From contig OX597827.1 in assembly GCA_951406725.2 (NCBI GenBank), positions 54,932,001 through 54,996,000 of the forward strand: a stretch of 64,000 bases of DNA, read 5' to 3'. Positions within the stretch are counted from its first letter, which is position 1. Each line of letters begins with the position of its first letter. Both the position numbers and the translations under genes were made by a program. A model generated the notes under the pieces. The model was not told where the DNA came from. It did no database searches and saw only the letters and a program-made list of their open reading frames with translations. Below, piece by piece: positions 36,004 through 49,247 of the stretch. The DNA is from Octopus vulgaris (Eukaryota).

Positions 36004-39000
36004 GTAAGTAAATAAACAACACTCTGTATATACAGTTCTTCAATACACATATGCATTCATACTTACATCATAACTTACATAATGCATATCATTACAACAC
36101 AATCCTCTATATTTAATAATGATGACCTCTACGTTAAGAAAGCACTGTGTCAGTCTCTTAACACTTGTTAAAACATACAAATTACTTTCTCATTTAATTA
36201 GTGATTCAAAACATGTACTAAAATAATTATAGCCTTGGCTACTTCTGTTTCTAAAGTTTGTGTGTGTTTGGTGTGTATGTATGACAAATTGAACTGAACA
36301 TGTCATCTCGAAACAGCTAATCCGTTTCCAGGTTGTTAACTACAGCTGGTAATTTATAGGCCTAAGATGTAAGTAACGTGAAATGGCTTGACATTGATTT
36401 GAACTTGCATCACAGGTTCAGTCTTACTCACCTGCTTCTATTTCTGTGTCTATCTCTGTCACATAATCAATTTGAAGTTTTGATTAATTAATGCACGATT
36501 GCTCTCCAAAATATTAATATTGTGAAATAATCCTTACAGTATAAGTTGTTTCATGTTAATGTTTTCTAGAAAAGAGTAAAGAAGAAAAGTGAACCTACTC
36601 AATTATTTTTCATATTTTCTTTTGGTGTTATTTATTTAACTTCAAATCATCCCCGTATTACAGATATGGTTCATAAAATTCATTGTTATAAACTTTTAAC
36701 TATAATACATAGGTTTATTTGTCACTACTGCACATTTGAGTCAACAAGAAGCCCAATATCCATTCATTTATCCTTCTTGAAATAGCAGCAAAATTTTCTT
36801 CATATTACCCTCTAGCATCTTTAAAGAAAAAAAAAGTGGGGAATGGGAACAGATGCATTGGATAATGTTGTTAACAAGGTGATCGGAGCTGGGATGTCTT
36901 TGATCATAGTCCTGAGTTAGGATTTACCTGGGGTTAAATGAAACAAGATTTATAAATGAAATTATGTCTCTCATCATTGACTCATTTTATTTCTTCACAA
37001 CATATTTCTAGAAAACTTTACACTGCTTTAGATAATTTAATATTAATTACTGAGATAGTATAGTGTAGGTTATATACACACTACAGTGATTACTCTCTCT
37101 TTTTGCTTTTTCTTTTATTCTTACATATTTCGTTAGATTTGTGTCATTTTATGAATGAATGAAAAATATAAGTCTTTTGTAGCTATTGATATATTTTACA
37201 GTTAACTATGGATCTCATCATCTGTGAAAATATCTCTAAATTTCTTTGAATTATTATATGCAAGTGATTGCATATAATATGCATTGATATCTTTATGTGT
37301 CTGTATACATAATTTGTACTATGTACATTAAATATATATTTTATACACACACATTACATTTTTTTTTAATATCTACATATATTTACACTTATACCTGTAC
37401 ATCAACCACTATATGCTTATTTTTTTCTAAACTGAAAAACATGAACCACATACTTTCCTATTTACATCATATAATTATATAAGTGTGTGTGTGTGTGTGG
37501 TGTTTGTGTGTATGTGTGCGTGTGTGTGTAAATTTAACATCCATGCTTACCTATATATATTTTCATAAGTGTACTTAATTATATATTAAGCTTTCATATT
37601 TTAATGAGAAAACGCATATGCAAGTGTTCATATTCAAGCATGCTCATTAATGAATTAATATTTCATCTGTGTGGTGCATGTATATGTGTTAGCACATTCC
37701 TGTCTACATGTTTTTGAGTGCTTCATCGAGTTTACTAAAGGTTTACAATGGAATGTCTGTGGTTAAGTACATAATAGTGGTTATTGTAAGCATCTCGTGC
37801 ACTGATGAGAAGGAGGAGGGGTGGCTTCATAAACATTCTCTCTACTCTCATCCAAGTTTCTCTTTGAGATAACTCAACAGACAGTGACAGTTTCCTCTCT
37901 ACTAATGCATCAGCTCTTCCTTCAAGATTTCTAACACCCAAGATACAATTTCAGCAGTCTAAAAATAACCTGGGAGATTTTTCACAGCCAACTAATCTTT
38001 CGGAGTTACTCTGTTTCTTTCTTAGCTATTTATTTACTTTTGCTCATTCTGATTTGTAATGCAGACCCAAAGCCCATTTATTAATCCTCAAAGTGTTCTT
38101 GTGTTTCTAAAAATGGCATCAGATGAAGTTGATCTCCGATAAGTTTGTCAGATGCTTACATTGGCTCCACTGTGTTGCTAATAGCATCATACAAGTAAAA
38201 AGACTTGACCAGAAGCAAGAAAGTAAACAAACAAAAAATAAAGAAGAAAAAAAGGAAAAAAATGTTTGCAATATGAAAAAAGATGTATAGAAATAATTTT
38301 AGTAAATAAAACAATATTTTTACATCTGTTTTTTTTTTTAAAAAAAAAAGAAAAGATTAGACAATGCTGTGAGATTAATTTGAATATAAACCCTTAACAT
38401 ACCAACTTCCCTGATATCTCCCCTAGTTCCTTGATGTACATCCTGTTTTAGAGTGATCTAAATTAAAACCTTCCATATCAATTTAAATTTCTTAATAATA
38501 TACTTTTAATTTAGGGTACATCTCATCTGGAAATGGCAACAACATGAAGCTTCCAGAGCAGTGGTCCCCAAACTGTTTTGGGCTGCCACTGCCTTGGCAC
38601 TCAGGTCACTTACCTAGTGTTTCCCTTCCCCACTCACACCACCACAAACATTAACCACTTTCAGCAACAAATTCAAAACATTTTTCTTCAATGCCACTGT
38701 CCCCACACGATCTTTCTACCCACTCCCAGAGGGTACAATGTTGCCCACTTTGGGAACCACTGGTTTAAACAGTTTTGACTGTTACAAAGTAAAAATTAGA
38801 GTTGAATAAAATCTGAAAAATAACGATGACTAAACCATCAAATGAATATAAAAATATACCTCCAGTAACTGCTAGGATCTCAGAATCTTATTTGTATTGT
38901 TTTTAAAATATGGATGGTGCAGGCTTGACTGCATCACTGAGAAGTTGTCTTCTCAACCATGTCTTTTTGGATTCAGTTCCGCTGCATGGCACCTTGAGCA

Positions 39001-39647
39001 AGTGTCTTCCACGACAGCCCTGAGCTGACCAAAGCCTTGTGAGTGGATTTCGTAGATCGAAACTGAAAGAAACCCATCATGCAAGCAATGTCCTTCATGT
39101 CTAATCTTCCATGAAAATATGTTTGGTTATGAGGAAATATTACTTTAGTTCGTAATGGTGAGTGTTAGCAACAATAAGTACATTCAGCCATAGAAAACCT
39201 ACCTCCACAAAATTCTGTCCAACCCATCATGATGATGATGTTGATTATTATTATTATCATTATTAATTAGCATGCCAGTCAAAATGTCTAGCAGCATTTC
39301 ACTCCCCTTTGCCTTTCATCCTTTTGGGGTCGATAAATTAAGTACCAGTTGAGTACTGGGGGTCAATATAATTGACTTACCCCTGCCCCTCTCACCTTCT
39401 GCCACAAATTCAGGCCTTGTGCCTAAAGCAGAAGGGATTATTATTATCATTTTTAATTGTCAGCGACATTTCTCTCATCTTTACTTTCTGAGTTCAAATT
39501 CCACTTAGTTTGACTTTGCCTTTCATCCTTTTGGGGTCAATGAAATAAATACCAGTTACACACTGAGGTTAGTGTAACTGACTAATCCCCTCCCCACAAA
39601 TTTCAGACCTTGTGCCTATAGCAGAAAGGATTATTATTATTATTATT

Positions 39648-39815
39648 ATGTTTGACTTTTGCTTTACATTAGTACAAATTGGCTCCAAGTCTCACCCTGA
39701 GAATTCAAGAGACAACAAGTTGGAAGTTCCTGTTGGTGTTATGCCTAGGGTGCCATATATTTGGTTTTGTACATAGTGTTGTTCTAGAGAATGTTTAAGA
39801 AACCATAAGAAAATT
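39648..39815 (-). mobile_element. Non-LTR 3' UTR fragment (second copy at 62978-63095)
   Basis: The tgtttgacttttgcttta...gtgccatatatttgg block occurs twice, each time directly after an (ATT)n SINE tail. Confidence 0.6.
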
Positions 39816-41349
39816 GTTTGAGGTCAAGCCTTGTGCCTATAGCAGAAAGGATTATTATTATTATTATTATTATTGTCTTCATCATCATCATCATCATCAT
39901 CATCATTATTATTATTATTATTCACAACCTGAAAATATATTCACTATAAATTAGCATATAGAATCATTAAATAATAAAGTCATAATCATTTCCACTACTG
40001 TATTACATCATGGTCAACCTTCTAATTAAACCAAGGAATTTTTTTTTGCTTTGCTTTTGTTTTTCATTTGCTGATACTACCTGTCAGGTGCAGCTTTTGA
40101 CAGAAATAATTCCAACACAGAATTTACTGAACTAGAACAGATGTCACAAGTATCTTGTTTGATGCTGCTCTTAACAGTTTTGTCAATCCATCTCCATGAA
40201 CTGGTACTTTATTTATTTATTGTCTCTGGAAAGATAAAAGACAATGTTGGCCTCGGTAAGATTTTGAACTCAGAATGAGAACAACCAGAACAAACACTTC
40301 AAATACTGTGTCAAGTTGACACCATCAATGACTACCAGTTTGCAGCAATAATCAAAACTTCATCCTCACTAAAATCATTTTTTAAAAAAAAATAGTTCAG
40401 ATCAAATCATTCATTTTATTTTTATTCTCTTACCTTTTGATGCCTTTTGCATGAGAATTTATCAGCACAGCATAAATCAATTATGAGAAAGTTCCATTCA
40501 TCAGTGCATTTCAGCTATCAATCAATATTAGTTTGGTCAATATTATCAAAGCATTAGACTTTCTAGCTGATTCTTTTAAGTTCTACTTTATGGGCTTTAT
40601 TTATTTATATATATTTTTTATTTTTCTAAATGAACTCACCTATATTTAGTCAAAATTTCAAATGGAAGTGTCTGCATTTCCTTCGGCTTGTTTTAATCCA
40701 GTCAAGATATCATTTTATGGCTAACACATACTTAATCCAATTTTGATCCCAACTCATCTAACACTGCCCTTAGTTCTGCGATACAAACTTCTTGCTTTAA
40801 AGCAGTGTTTCTCAACCATTTATTTGTCTGTGGACCCCTTTGATATCTGTTTTACTCAGATGGACTCTCCTAGCCATTTGATGATCAAAAAATTCTATTA
40901 TATTTGTCGAAGGCACGCAGCTCAATGGTTAGAACATTGAGTTCACAATCCTGAGGTAGTGAATTCGATTCCCAGAATGAGTTGCGATGTCACTGGTCTC
41001 AAGCTGTATCAGCCTTTGCCTTTCCCTTGGATAACATCAGTGGCATGGGGAGAGGTAGTTGGTATGCATGGATGACTGCTGGTCTTCTATAAACAACCTT
41101 AGCCAGACATGTGCCTCAGAGGGGAACTTTCTGGGTGCAATCCCATGGTCATTCATAACCAAAGAGGGTCTTTGCCCTTTCTATATAATAGAATCATTAG
41201 CACACCAAACAAAATTCTTGGTGGCACTTCTTCCCATTTTACATTCTGAGTTTAAATTCCTCTGAGGTCAACTTTGCCTTTCATTATTTCTGAGTTGATA
41301 AAATATTTACCAGGTGAATGCTGGGGGTCGATATAATCAACTGGTTCCA

Positions 41350-41680
41350 TAGTTTGTTTTGGCTTGATTTCTACAGCTGGATGCCCTTCCTGATGCTAAC
41401 CACTCCACAGTGTACTGCGCACTTTTTATGAGGCACCAGCACCAGTGTTTTTTTTATTATGTGGCACTAACCCACCTCAATGCTTTTTACATGCCACCTT
41501 CGTTTTAGGATCTCAATTTTGTTGTGGTGGACAGGTCTCTTTGAGTATAGCCATGTGCCATATGTCTCGGTCCTCTCTCATCTCCTTCATAAGGCTCAGC
41601 GTTTTGAGATCAACCTTCACTACTTTGTCCCATATCTTCCTGGTCTCCCTCTTGCACAACTTCCATCTATATAACAATAT
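41350..41680 (-). mobile_element. RTE-like LINE 3' end
   Basis: TRKIWDKVVKVDL...DRDIWHMA, plus the shared UTR. Confidence 0.7.
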
Positions 41681-41704
41681 GATATTGGCCATCTGTATAA
41701 ATAT

Positions 41705-42110
41705 GTGTGTGGCTATGTGGTAAGAAGCTTGCTTCCCAACCACATAGTTCTGGGTTCAATCCCACTGCGTGGCACCTTGGGCAAGTGTCTTTTACTATAG
41801 CTTCAGGCCAACCAAAGCCTTTTAAATAGATTTGATAAATTGAAACTGAATGAAACCCATTCTATATATGTACGTATCTGTGTGTGTATGTGTGTGTGTG
41901 TGTTTGTATCTGTATTTGTGCCTCCCCCCCCCCCCCATCATTGCTTGACAACTGGTGTTAGTGGGTTTACATCACCATAACTTAGCAATTTTGCAAAAGA
42001 GACTAGTACAAGGCTTTAAAACAAAGAATAAGTCCTGGGGTCAATTAGTTTGACTAGAAACCTTCAAGGTTGTGCTCTAAAATGACTGAAACAAATAAAA
42101 GAATAAATAT
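41705..42110 (+). mobile_element. SINE A ending ~180 nt before the NHR1 exon
   Basis: Full-length head-to-tail match to the family. Confidence 0.85.
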
Positions 42111-42292
42111 TGAACTGAAAAAAAAAGGTATTTAGATTAATTTGTTAGACTACACCCTTCAAGGCAATACTCCAGCATGACAATAAAAGATAATAGATTT
42201 CTCATAATCAATTGTTTTTCTTTTTCCAGATAATATTTTTCCATATACACTGATTGTTTTTTCAAATCTTTTTCTTTTCTTCTCTTTTTCAG

Positions 42293-42787
42293 TTAATAAT
42301 GGCTCGTATAGTGATTACCCATTGACGTTCCACAAAGTGCATGGACAAAATGTCGTTTTAAACTATGACAGAACCAGAGCGTCCCGTGGAGACTCCTTTT
42401 GCAAAGGTATCTGTTTCAGCAACCGCCCAGTTGCTATCAATGAGCGTGTCTACATCCGATTTGTGGAGACTTGTGCCAGCTGGAGTGGCGTTTTACGTTT
42501 CGGATTTACAACCATTGACCCAGCGACTTTCAGCAATGCTGAACTCCCACGTTACGCATGTCCAGATCTTACCAGCATGTCGGGAAACTGGGCGAAGGCG
42601 TTGGGTGAACGCTATGCAGAATGTACCAATCTTCTCTTTTTCTACATCACTCGAAATGGGGACGTGAGATATGGAGTGAATGGTGTGGAGAAAGGGGTGT
42701 TTTTCAGTGGTGTTTCTACGGCTGGCCCCCTTTGGGCCTTGTTGGATATTTATGGAAACACTGTTTCAGTAGAATTTGCAAACCCAG
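42293..42787 (+). CDS. neur: neuralized exon encoding the first Neuralized homology repeat (NHR1)
   Basis: The translation PLTFHKVHGQNV...SFCKGICFSNRPV...WSGVLRFGFT...LPRYACPDLT...GNWAKAL...LWALLDIYGNT follows the Neur/NEURL1 NHR1 motifs throughout. A long polypyrimidine tract ends in CAG at 42292 and the donor is CCAG|GTAAGA at 42788. The exon is phase 1-1. Confidence 0.95.
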
Positions 42788-42837
42788 GTAAGATATTGAT
42801 TTTTTTATCCTCGCTCTTTTTAATATATTATTGTTAT

Positions 42838-43300
42838 TGAGTAAGAGAGCAATGCATGCCATCAAAGTGACTCTGGAGTACAAATATATGAAATTCAATA
42901 TACTCATCATGACCACCCATCTAATAAGGGTACACTAGGCACATGCATCACAACCATGTGTGTGTGACATGGTAATCTCATATCAAGATTAAACAGCACA
43001 TGACCTTACAGGTGGGGGCCCAATTAGAATTTTCTTCAGCTCAAAAGGTCCCTGAATAAAGGTTGTTTAAGGATGTTGAACAAAGCACCCGTTTCCAGAG
43101 ATGAATTATTCAAACCCAAAAAAATTCCTCTCGACACATGGCTGTGACACTCCCCCACTACTTCTGCTCATGATCAGGGATGCACATATCGTCAGCCATC
43201 AAGGGACATGCTCAACTGGTGAAGGTCAAGCAACTGACAAGCAAGTCTGTGCTATTGAGCAGAATATTTGCTGTAGCCCATCTTTTACACCAAGACATTA
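42838..43300 (-). mobile_element. Probable non-LTR 3' UTR fragment 50 nt after the NHR1 donor
   Basis: GC-richer block bounded by (ATT)n, with ATANILL on the minus strand. Family uncertain. Confidence 0.4.
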
Positions 43301-43324
43301 TTATTGATATTGTTATTGTTGTTG

Positions 43325-43379
<55 letters not shown>

Positions 43380-43417
43380 GATTGTTATTATTATTCTTAT
43401 TATTATTATTATTATTA
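43298..43417. repeat. (ATT)n/(GTT)n microsatellite
   Basis: Directly visible. Confidence 0.95.
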
Positions 43418-43690
43418 AGTTGTCTTATTTTTATCATGTGCTTTCACTGCACTACTGAGTGCAGCTCTGTGTGCTGTAGTTTGTTGTGATGTCCTTATTT
43501 TCACTGTATTGAAAGTGCTTTCGTAGGTTGTGTGTACTGTGTAGTAGTGCTATTTTCTCTATGTGCGTAGAAGTGCTATTTTCTGTATGTTATGTAATCT
43601 TGTGGGTCCTGGTGTTTTGGTTATGTATTTGAATGATCTTTTTTATCATAGCTAATGCACCTACTATTATAGGAATTATTTCTGTTTTCA
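43418..43690 (-). mobile_element. R4/Dong-like 3' end embedded in (ATT)n
   Basis: Minus strand reads IIPIIVGAL...NIQKIALL...LRKALSIQ*, with (ATT)n on both sides. Confidence 0.7.
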
Positions 43691-44330
43691 TTATTATTAT
43701 TATTTTGCCAAAATCATTTCTGTTTATTATTTATAACTGTTGGAAGCATACACTGGTACTTAGAATGTGTATGTGAGCGTAGATGTGTGCATATGAATAA
43801 AACACACATAAGTTGCAATGGAGTACTCTATTGTAAGAACCAGTCATTTACTAAGGTTTATTCTTTTCTTCTTCTCTCTCTTTCTGTTTGTCTGTGTCAC
43901 TTTTTCTGGAAGAAATTGGCTGTGGTCAGACCCCCAGATCTGATCATGTTCAACAAGGCAAAACTATCCATGACATGCTGTATATCATAACACAACCCTT
44001 ACAACTCTATCACGAGTTGAGGGCCCAAAGCAAGATATTCATGTATTTATGACACTGTTAATCTGTATATCATTGGCAGGAAGATGAATTGCTGCTGTCT
44101 CTAGCAATCAAGTGTCCACTCTTGACAAGACCAAACAAGGTTAAAATCATGCAACCTGGTGGTCTCAGCAGGGATTTATCTCCCTGCTAACAATATAAAC
44201 AAAATTGGATTTTACACCAGAAAGCCAATATGAGAGTTTCTCTTTCCTGGTAACTACTGTAGTATAGTTTGTTCTAACAGAACAGCCATGTTTAAGCAAG
44301 AATTAATATTACCAGTCTATATAATTATGT

Positions 44331-44640
44331 GTGGAGGCGCAATGGCCCAGTGGTTAGGGCAGCGGACTCGCGGTCATAGGATCGCGGTTTCAATTCCCAG
44401 ACCGGGCATTGTGAGTGTTTATTGAGCGAAAACACCTAAATCTCCACGAGGCTCCGGCAGTGGGTGGTGGTGATCCCTGCTGTACACTTTCACCACAACT
44501 TTCTCTCACTCTTTCTTCTGTTGGCCTGCTCGCTTAGCCAGCGGGGTGGCATCATTGAAGGCTAAAACAATGTGAAGTGCATTGTGACCAGCGATGTGTA
44601 GCACCATCTGATGACCTGGTCGGTCACATGATCACGTGAT
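44331..44640 (+). mobile_element. tRNA-derived SINE C (related copies at 3735-4025 -, 27383-27510 +, 31100-31300 -, 40908-41180 +)
   Basis: tRNA-like head GGAGGCGCAATGGCCCAGTGGTTAGGGCAGCGGACTCGCGG...GGTTTCAATTCCC, then GAGCGAAAACACCTAA. Confidence 0.8.
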
Positions 44641-45748
44641 AGTTATGTAATGTATGTAACACAAGTAGGTTTGGAACTTACATAGACACTCATCCTGCTC
44701 TAAATCCTGCTATGGTAATATTAAGAGGAACACAGGGACACAGTATATAAAAGATATTAGATCTTAATTTTGTGTGATTTAAAGCCATTTTGCAGAAAAA
44801 ACAGTATTTTTTATGTTATTGGTTGATTTGAACCCTGAATGTCAGTTTAATGAATCTGGCACTCCCTCTGATTACTGCTGCAATCAATTTTCATCTCTCT
44901 GCTATTTATTGTGTTCTTAACACAGCAAGTCCTTAAGAAATATTATCACTTCCCTTCTTCTGATCACCTGATACAAGGCCACCTCCTCCAATACCCCACC
45001 TTTACCACCAAAGGATCTTTGTCATGCAAGTTACTTAGTGACCCCATCAATACTGGTGTCATGTAAAAAGCATCTGGTCCACACGGCAAAGTAATTGGCA
45101 TCTGGAAGAGCATCCAGCTGTAAGAACCATGCCAAAACAGATCTTGCCGGTGCTAGTGCCACATAAAAAGCACTGTCCACTCTGTGGGTTGGTTGGTGTT
45201 AGGAAGGGTATCCAGCCATAAGAACCCTGCCAAAATTGACACTGAAGCTTGGTGTAGTCTTCTGCCTAGCCAGCTCCTGTCAAATCATCCAACTCATGCC
45301 AGCATGGAAAACAGACATTAAATGATGATGATGATAATGACAAACACTATTGGAACTGTCCAATCAACAGCTTGTATACATTATGTATGGTGCATGGGAG
45401 GTTATTTTTCATTAAAGCTTTTCATCCTTTAGAATCAAAATGGTTGGGCAGATAAAACAGTGATCCATGGTTCATGAGTTACATATTAACTGCTAGTATT
45501 TTGTTGTGTCTCTTGGCAAAACAAATTTTATTTTTCTGTGTACTTCAATTCATCTATGAACACCCTGTCATCGTATAAGAGAGAAGTTGTTCTGCTGTGA
45601 CGCACACAACTGCAACTATCATATTTGCATTTGAATCTGCTGGAACACATTAAGAATAAATATGCTAATATCATTTTTCAGCTCATCTAGCTGCTGGGAA
45701 TTGACACTGCAGCTTCTAAGAAGATTACCTGTGATAGACTAATGTCCT

Positions 45749-46110
45749 CATCATCATCATCATCATCATCATCATCGTTTAACGTCCGCTTTCCATGCTA
45801 GCATGGGTTGGACGGTTCAACTGGGGCCTGGGAAGCCCGAAGGCTGCATCAGGCCAGTCAGATCTGGCAGTGTTTCTACAGCTGGATGCCCTTCCTAACG
45901 CCAACCACTCCGAGAGTGTAGTGGGTGATTTTATGTGCCACCGACACAGGTGCCAGACGAGGCTGGGAATGGCCACGCTCGGATGGTGTTTTTTACGTGC
46001 CACCGGCACGGAGGCCAGTCAATGCTGTACTGGCTACGGCCACTTTATGATGGTTTTCGTATATGCTACCGGCACTGGTACCACAAAGCTACAAATTCCA
46101 TTAATGTTCA
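45749..46110 (-). mobile_element. RTE-tail repeat (others at ~2810, 5790, 13460, 17123, 23180, 27250, 29840, 31430, 45020, 54490, 54630, 55900)
   Basis: Shared GGTTGGCGTTAGGAAGGGCATCCAGCTGTAGAAAC...CATGCTAGCATGGAAAGCGGACGTTAAACGATGATG. Confidence 0.85.
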
Positions 46111-46486
46111 TCGAGTTTGCTTTTGATTTTGTCCATTTTGTCCATTTTTTTGTCCTCTACACAACAAACTGCCTCTGGCATCTTTTTAATGCTACAGAAA
46201 CTGGAAAAAAAGTACCAATTCAGTGGATCATGCACTTTCATGAGAAAATTATTAAAAGTTTTATAGGTCAAAGCATGCCCAAGTGGTTAAGAAGCTTGCT
46301 TTGCAGCCACAAGGTTCCAGGTTCAGTCCCATTATGTGACAACTTGGGGACTTCTTCTACAGCCTCAGGCCAACCAGTGCCTTGTGAGTGAATTTGTAGA
46401 CAGAAGCTGTAGAAGCCCATCAAACACACATGCGCGCGCACGCACACACACACACATATATATACATACACATACGCACACAACTG

Positions 46487-46960
46487 GATGTCAGCATAAA
46501 GCTGAAGGTCAGTGAAAAAGAGGATACTTATGCTGAACTATTAAAAAAATGCAGTTACTCTATCCAGATTACAAGTCTGGGTTTATACTTGTAATTATTG
46601 GGGTACTTGGATATGTAACACACTGTCTAAATGCCAATCTTGAGAAATTAGGTCTCTCAAAACCAGAAAGGAGAAAGCTAACTTGAAGGCTACAGATCCA
46701 AGCCATCACTGGAACTGTAAAAATCTGTAAAACTTTCTAGAAGTTTATCATTTAAGTATATATGGGCATGTCTAGATATGCAATTATATACATGAGAAGA
46801 CATACATAAACTAAAACATACAAATCTGCACATATACATACATACAAAAATACTCTGTTGTTGATGTTGAAATACCAATGAAGGAGCCTTGATCTAGATT
46901 AGAAACTCGATTGGCAAGAAATCTTGAAATAAAACTGAATAATGACATAAATACATGACA
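46487..46960 (+). mobile_element. RLE-type non-LTR element C-terminus and 3' UTR
   Basis: Decayed KEDTYAELL...VIIGVLGYV...IQAITGTVKICKTF. Confidence 0.65.
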
Positions 46961-47672
46961 GCTGTCCACTTGTGACCAAGGAAGACCATCACTGACCATT
47001 TCCTGTGCATGAGGTTATTGCACCTGCGGTCAGCTTCACTCAAGGTTCATGCCCGTGGTTTCCATGCTTACCACAGCACCCTTCTACTCAACCAGACATC
47101 AGAAAGTCACTTCACTGCCGATTACACCACCCAAAATTTTAGGTCCTGTAAGGTTTTCACAACATCTTACAGACCCTCTCCACCCTAATGACATGATCCA
47201 GTAAACAGCCAAGGCAAGATACCTTGTGTCAATATGGGTTGCAAGCTCAGGAATGTGAGAGTACCATGATCTCAAGCACAAGCAGAAGGTCCCCAAAATG
47301 CTCAGTATCATTCCCTGTATATTTGGTTTTATGTCAAAATGATTTTCTCCTAGAGACATGCTATAACAAAAACTGAGGAGTGCCTCAGACACCAACCCAG
47401 AATTTCTGAGGGTCCATGCTATTGCTAGATAGTTGTTGAACCTACACTAGGTTCATCTATCCTTTTGATGGGCTTTGTTTTTAGTCCTGCTGAGTTTCTA
47501 GCAACCCTTCTCATCAGGTAAGCCTAATGCAGGTGCTAGTTTAGTCACCAACAACCTGACCATGCAACAGGTTGTACTGGATCTCATGTAAACAGTAGTA
47601 CTCATGAGAGACATCACAAGTGACCTGACACATAAATACACATATATATAGACACACGAACATTGTGTAAGT

Positions 47673-48235
47673 AGGCACAGGAGTGGCTGTGTGGTAATTA
47701 GCTTGCTTACCAACCACATGGTTCTGGGTTCAGTCCCACTGTGTGGCACCTTGGGTAAGTGTCTTCTACTATAGCCTCAAGCCTGCCAAAGCTTTGTGAG
47801 TGGATTTGGTAGATGGAAACTGAAAGAAGCCCATCGTATATATGTGTGTTTGTGTGTCTGTGTTTATCCCCCCAACATCGCTTGACAACTGATGCTGGTG
47901 TGTTTACGTCTCCGTAATTTAGCGGTTCGGCAAAAGAGACCAATAGAATAAGTACTAGGCTTACAAAGTATAAGTCCTGGGGTCGATTTCTTTGACTAAA
48001 GGCGGTGCTCCAGCATGGCTGCAGTCAGATGACTGAAACAAGTAAAAGAGTATGTGTGTCTTTGTGTATGCATCTCCATCACCACTTTGGCAATTAGTGT
48101 TGGTTTATTTACATTCCTGTAACTTAGTGGTTTCAGGAAAGAGATCAGTAGATTAGGTACCAGATTTTAAGAAAAGTAGTCGTGGTCTAGATTTGCTCCA
48201 GCATGGCCACAGTCCAATGACTGAAACAAGTATAA
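47673..48235 (+). mobile_element. SINE A, full length plus a second 3' half
   Basis: Near-consensus copy to about 48050, followed by a degenerate tail copy. Confidence 0.85.
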
Positions 48236-49247
48236 GAAAAATATTCATTATTATAGAACTCTGAGTAGCGATATTAAATTACTCTATATGTACAAGATGT
48301 ATTAGTTCATCATTTTAGTAATTTTTTCTGTATGAGTATTAGTTTTCAGATTGTCCTGTGATATTCATATTAGTGATTGTAAGTGTTACAAAGAAGTTTA
48401 CTTCACAATTTTGTGGTTCTGGGTTCAACCTTGTACCATAACCTTTGGTCAAACTAAGCTTCAAGAGTGCCCATTTTAACCTGTAAAGGTCATTCTTTTG
48501 TAAGCTTTTGGACCAGGTCTCCAATGTAAGGAAAACCCAGTATCTTGGGCTGTGTTACTGCTCATTACAGTGAGCCCTGCATTGTGGCTTATACTCCTCA
48601 CTTTCCTCTCCAGGTCTCAGTCCCTGCAAAAAAAATCATGGACAATGCCCTTCTTCCATTGATTAAAGAATAACAAAAGTATGAAAAAACAGCTTTTGAC
48701 AACATTCATAATGGATAGGCTACACATTTCAAATGTGTCTGTAAATTTTGTTGGTCATAGCAATATCATCATCATTATTATTATTAAGGCAGCAAGCTCA
48801 CAGAATCATTAGCACACTGGGTAAAATGCTTAGTGGTATTTTGTCTGCCACTATGTTCTGAGTTCAAATTCCACTAAGGTCAACTTTGCCATCCGTCCCT
48901 TTGGGGGTCGATAAATTAACACTGGGGTTGATGTAATCAACTAGTCTCCTCGCCCTAAAATTTCAAGACCCTGTGACCTCAGTAGAAAGGATTATTATTA
49001 TTAAGTTGGTGAGCTAGCAGAACCATTAGCACACCAGGCAAAATGCTTAGCAGCATTTCACCCTTCCCTATGTTCTGAGTTCATATTCTGCCAAGGTCAA
49101 CTTTGCCTTTCATCCTTTTCGGGTTGATTAAATAAGTATCAGTTATGCACTGGGGTCGATGTAATTGACTAACCCCCTACCACCAAATTTCAGGCCTTGT
49201 GCCTATAGTAGAAAGAATTATTATTATTATTATTATTATTATTATTT

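Noticed and set aside
44331-44410. tRNA-like sequence as a functional tRNA gene
   Set aside because: It continues into a SINE body shared with other copies, so it is a SINE head.
45795-46391. 198-aa ORF
   Set aside because: It runs through an antisense RTE tail and into a SINE, with no domain.
46872-46916. CCAATGA...GAAAC hammerhead-like string
   Set aside because: The core is altered and stem II does not pair, so it was not counted.
47484-47523. CAG|GTAAGC donor as a possible next neuralized exon
   Set aside because: The phase-1 frame from the upstream ttttAG acceptor hits TAG, and the region looks like a retroelement UTR remnant.
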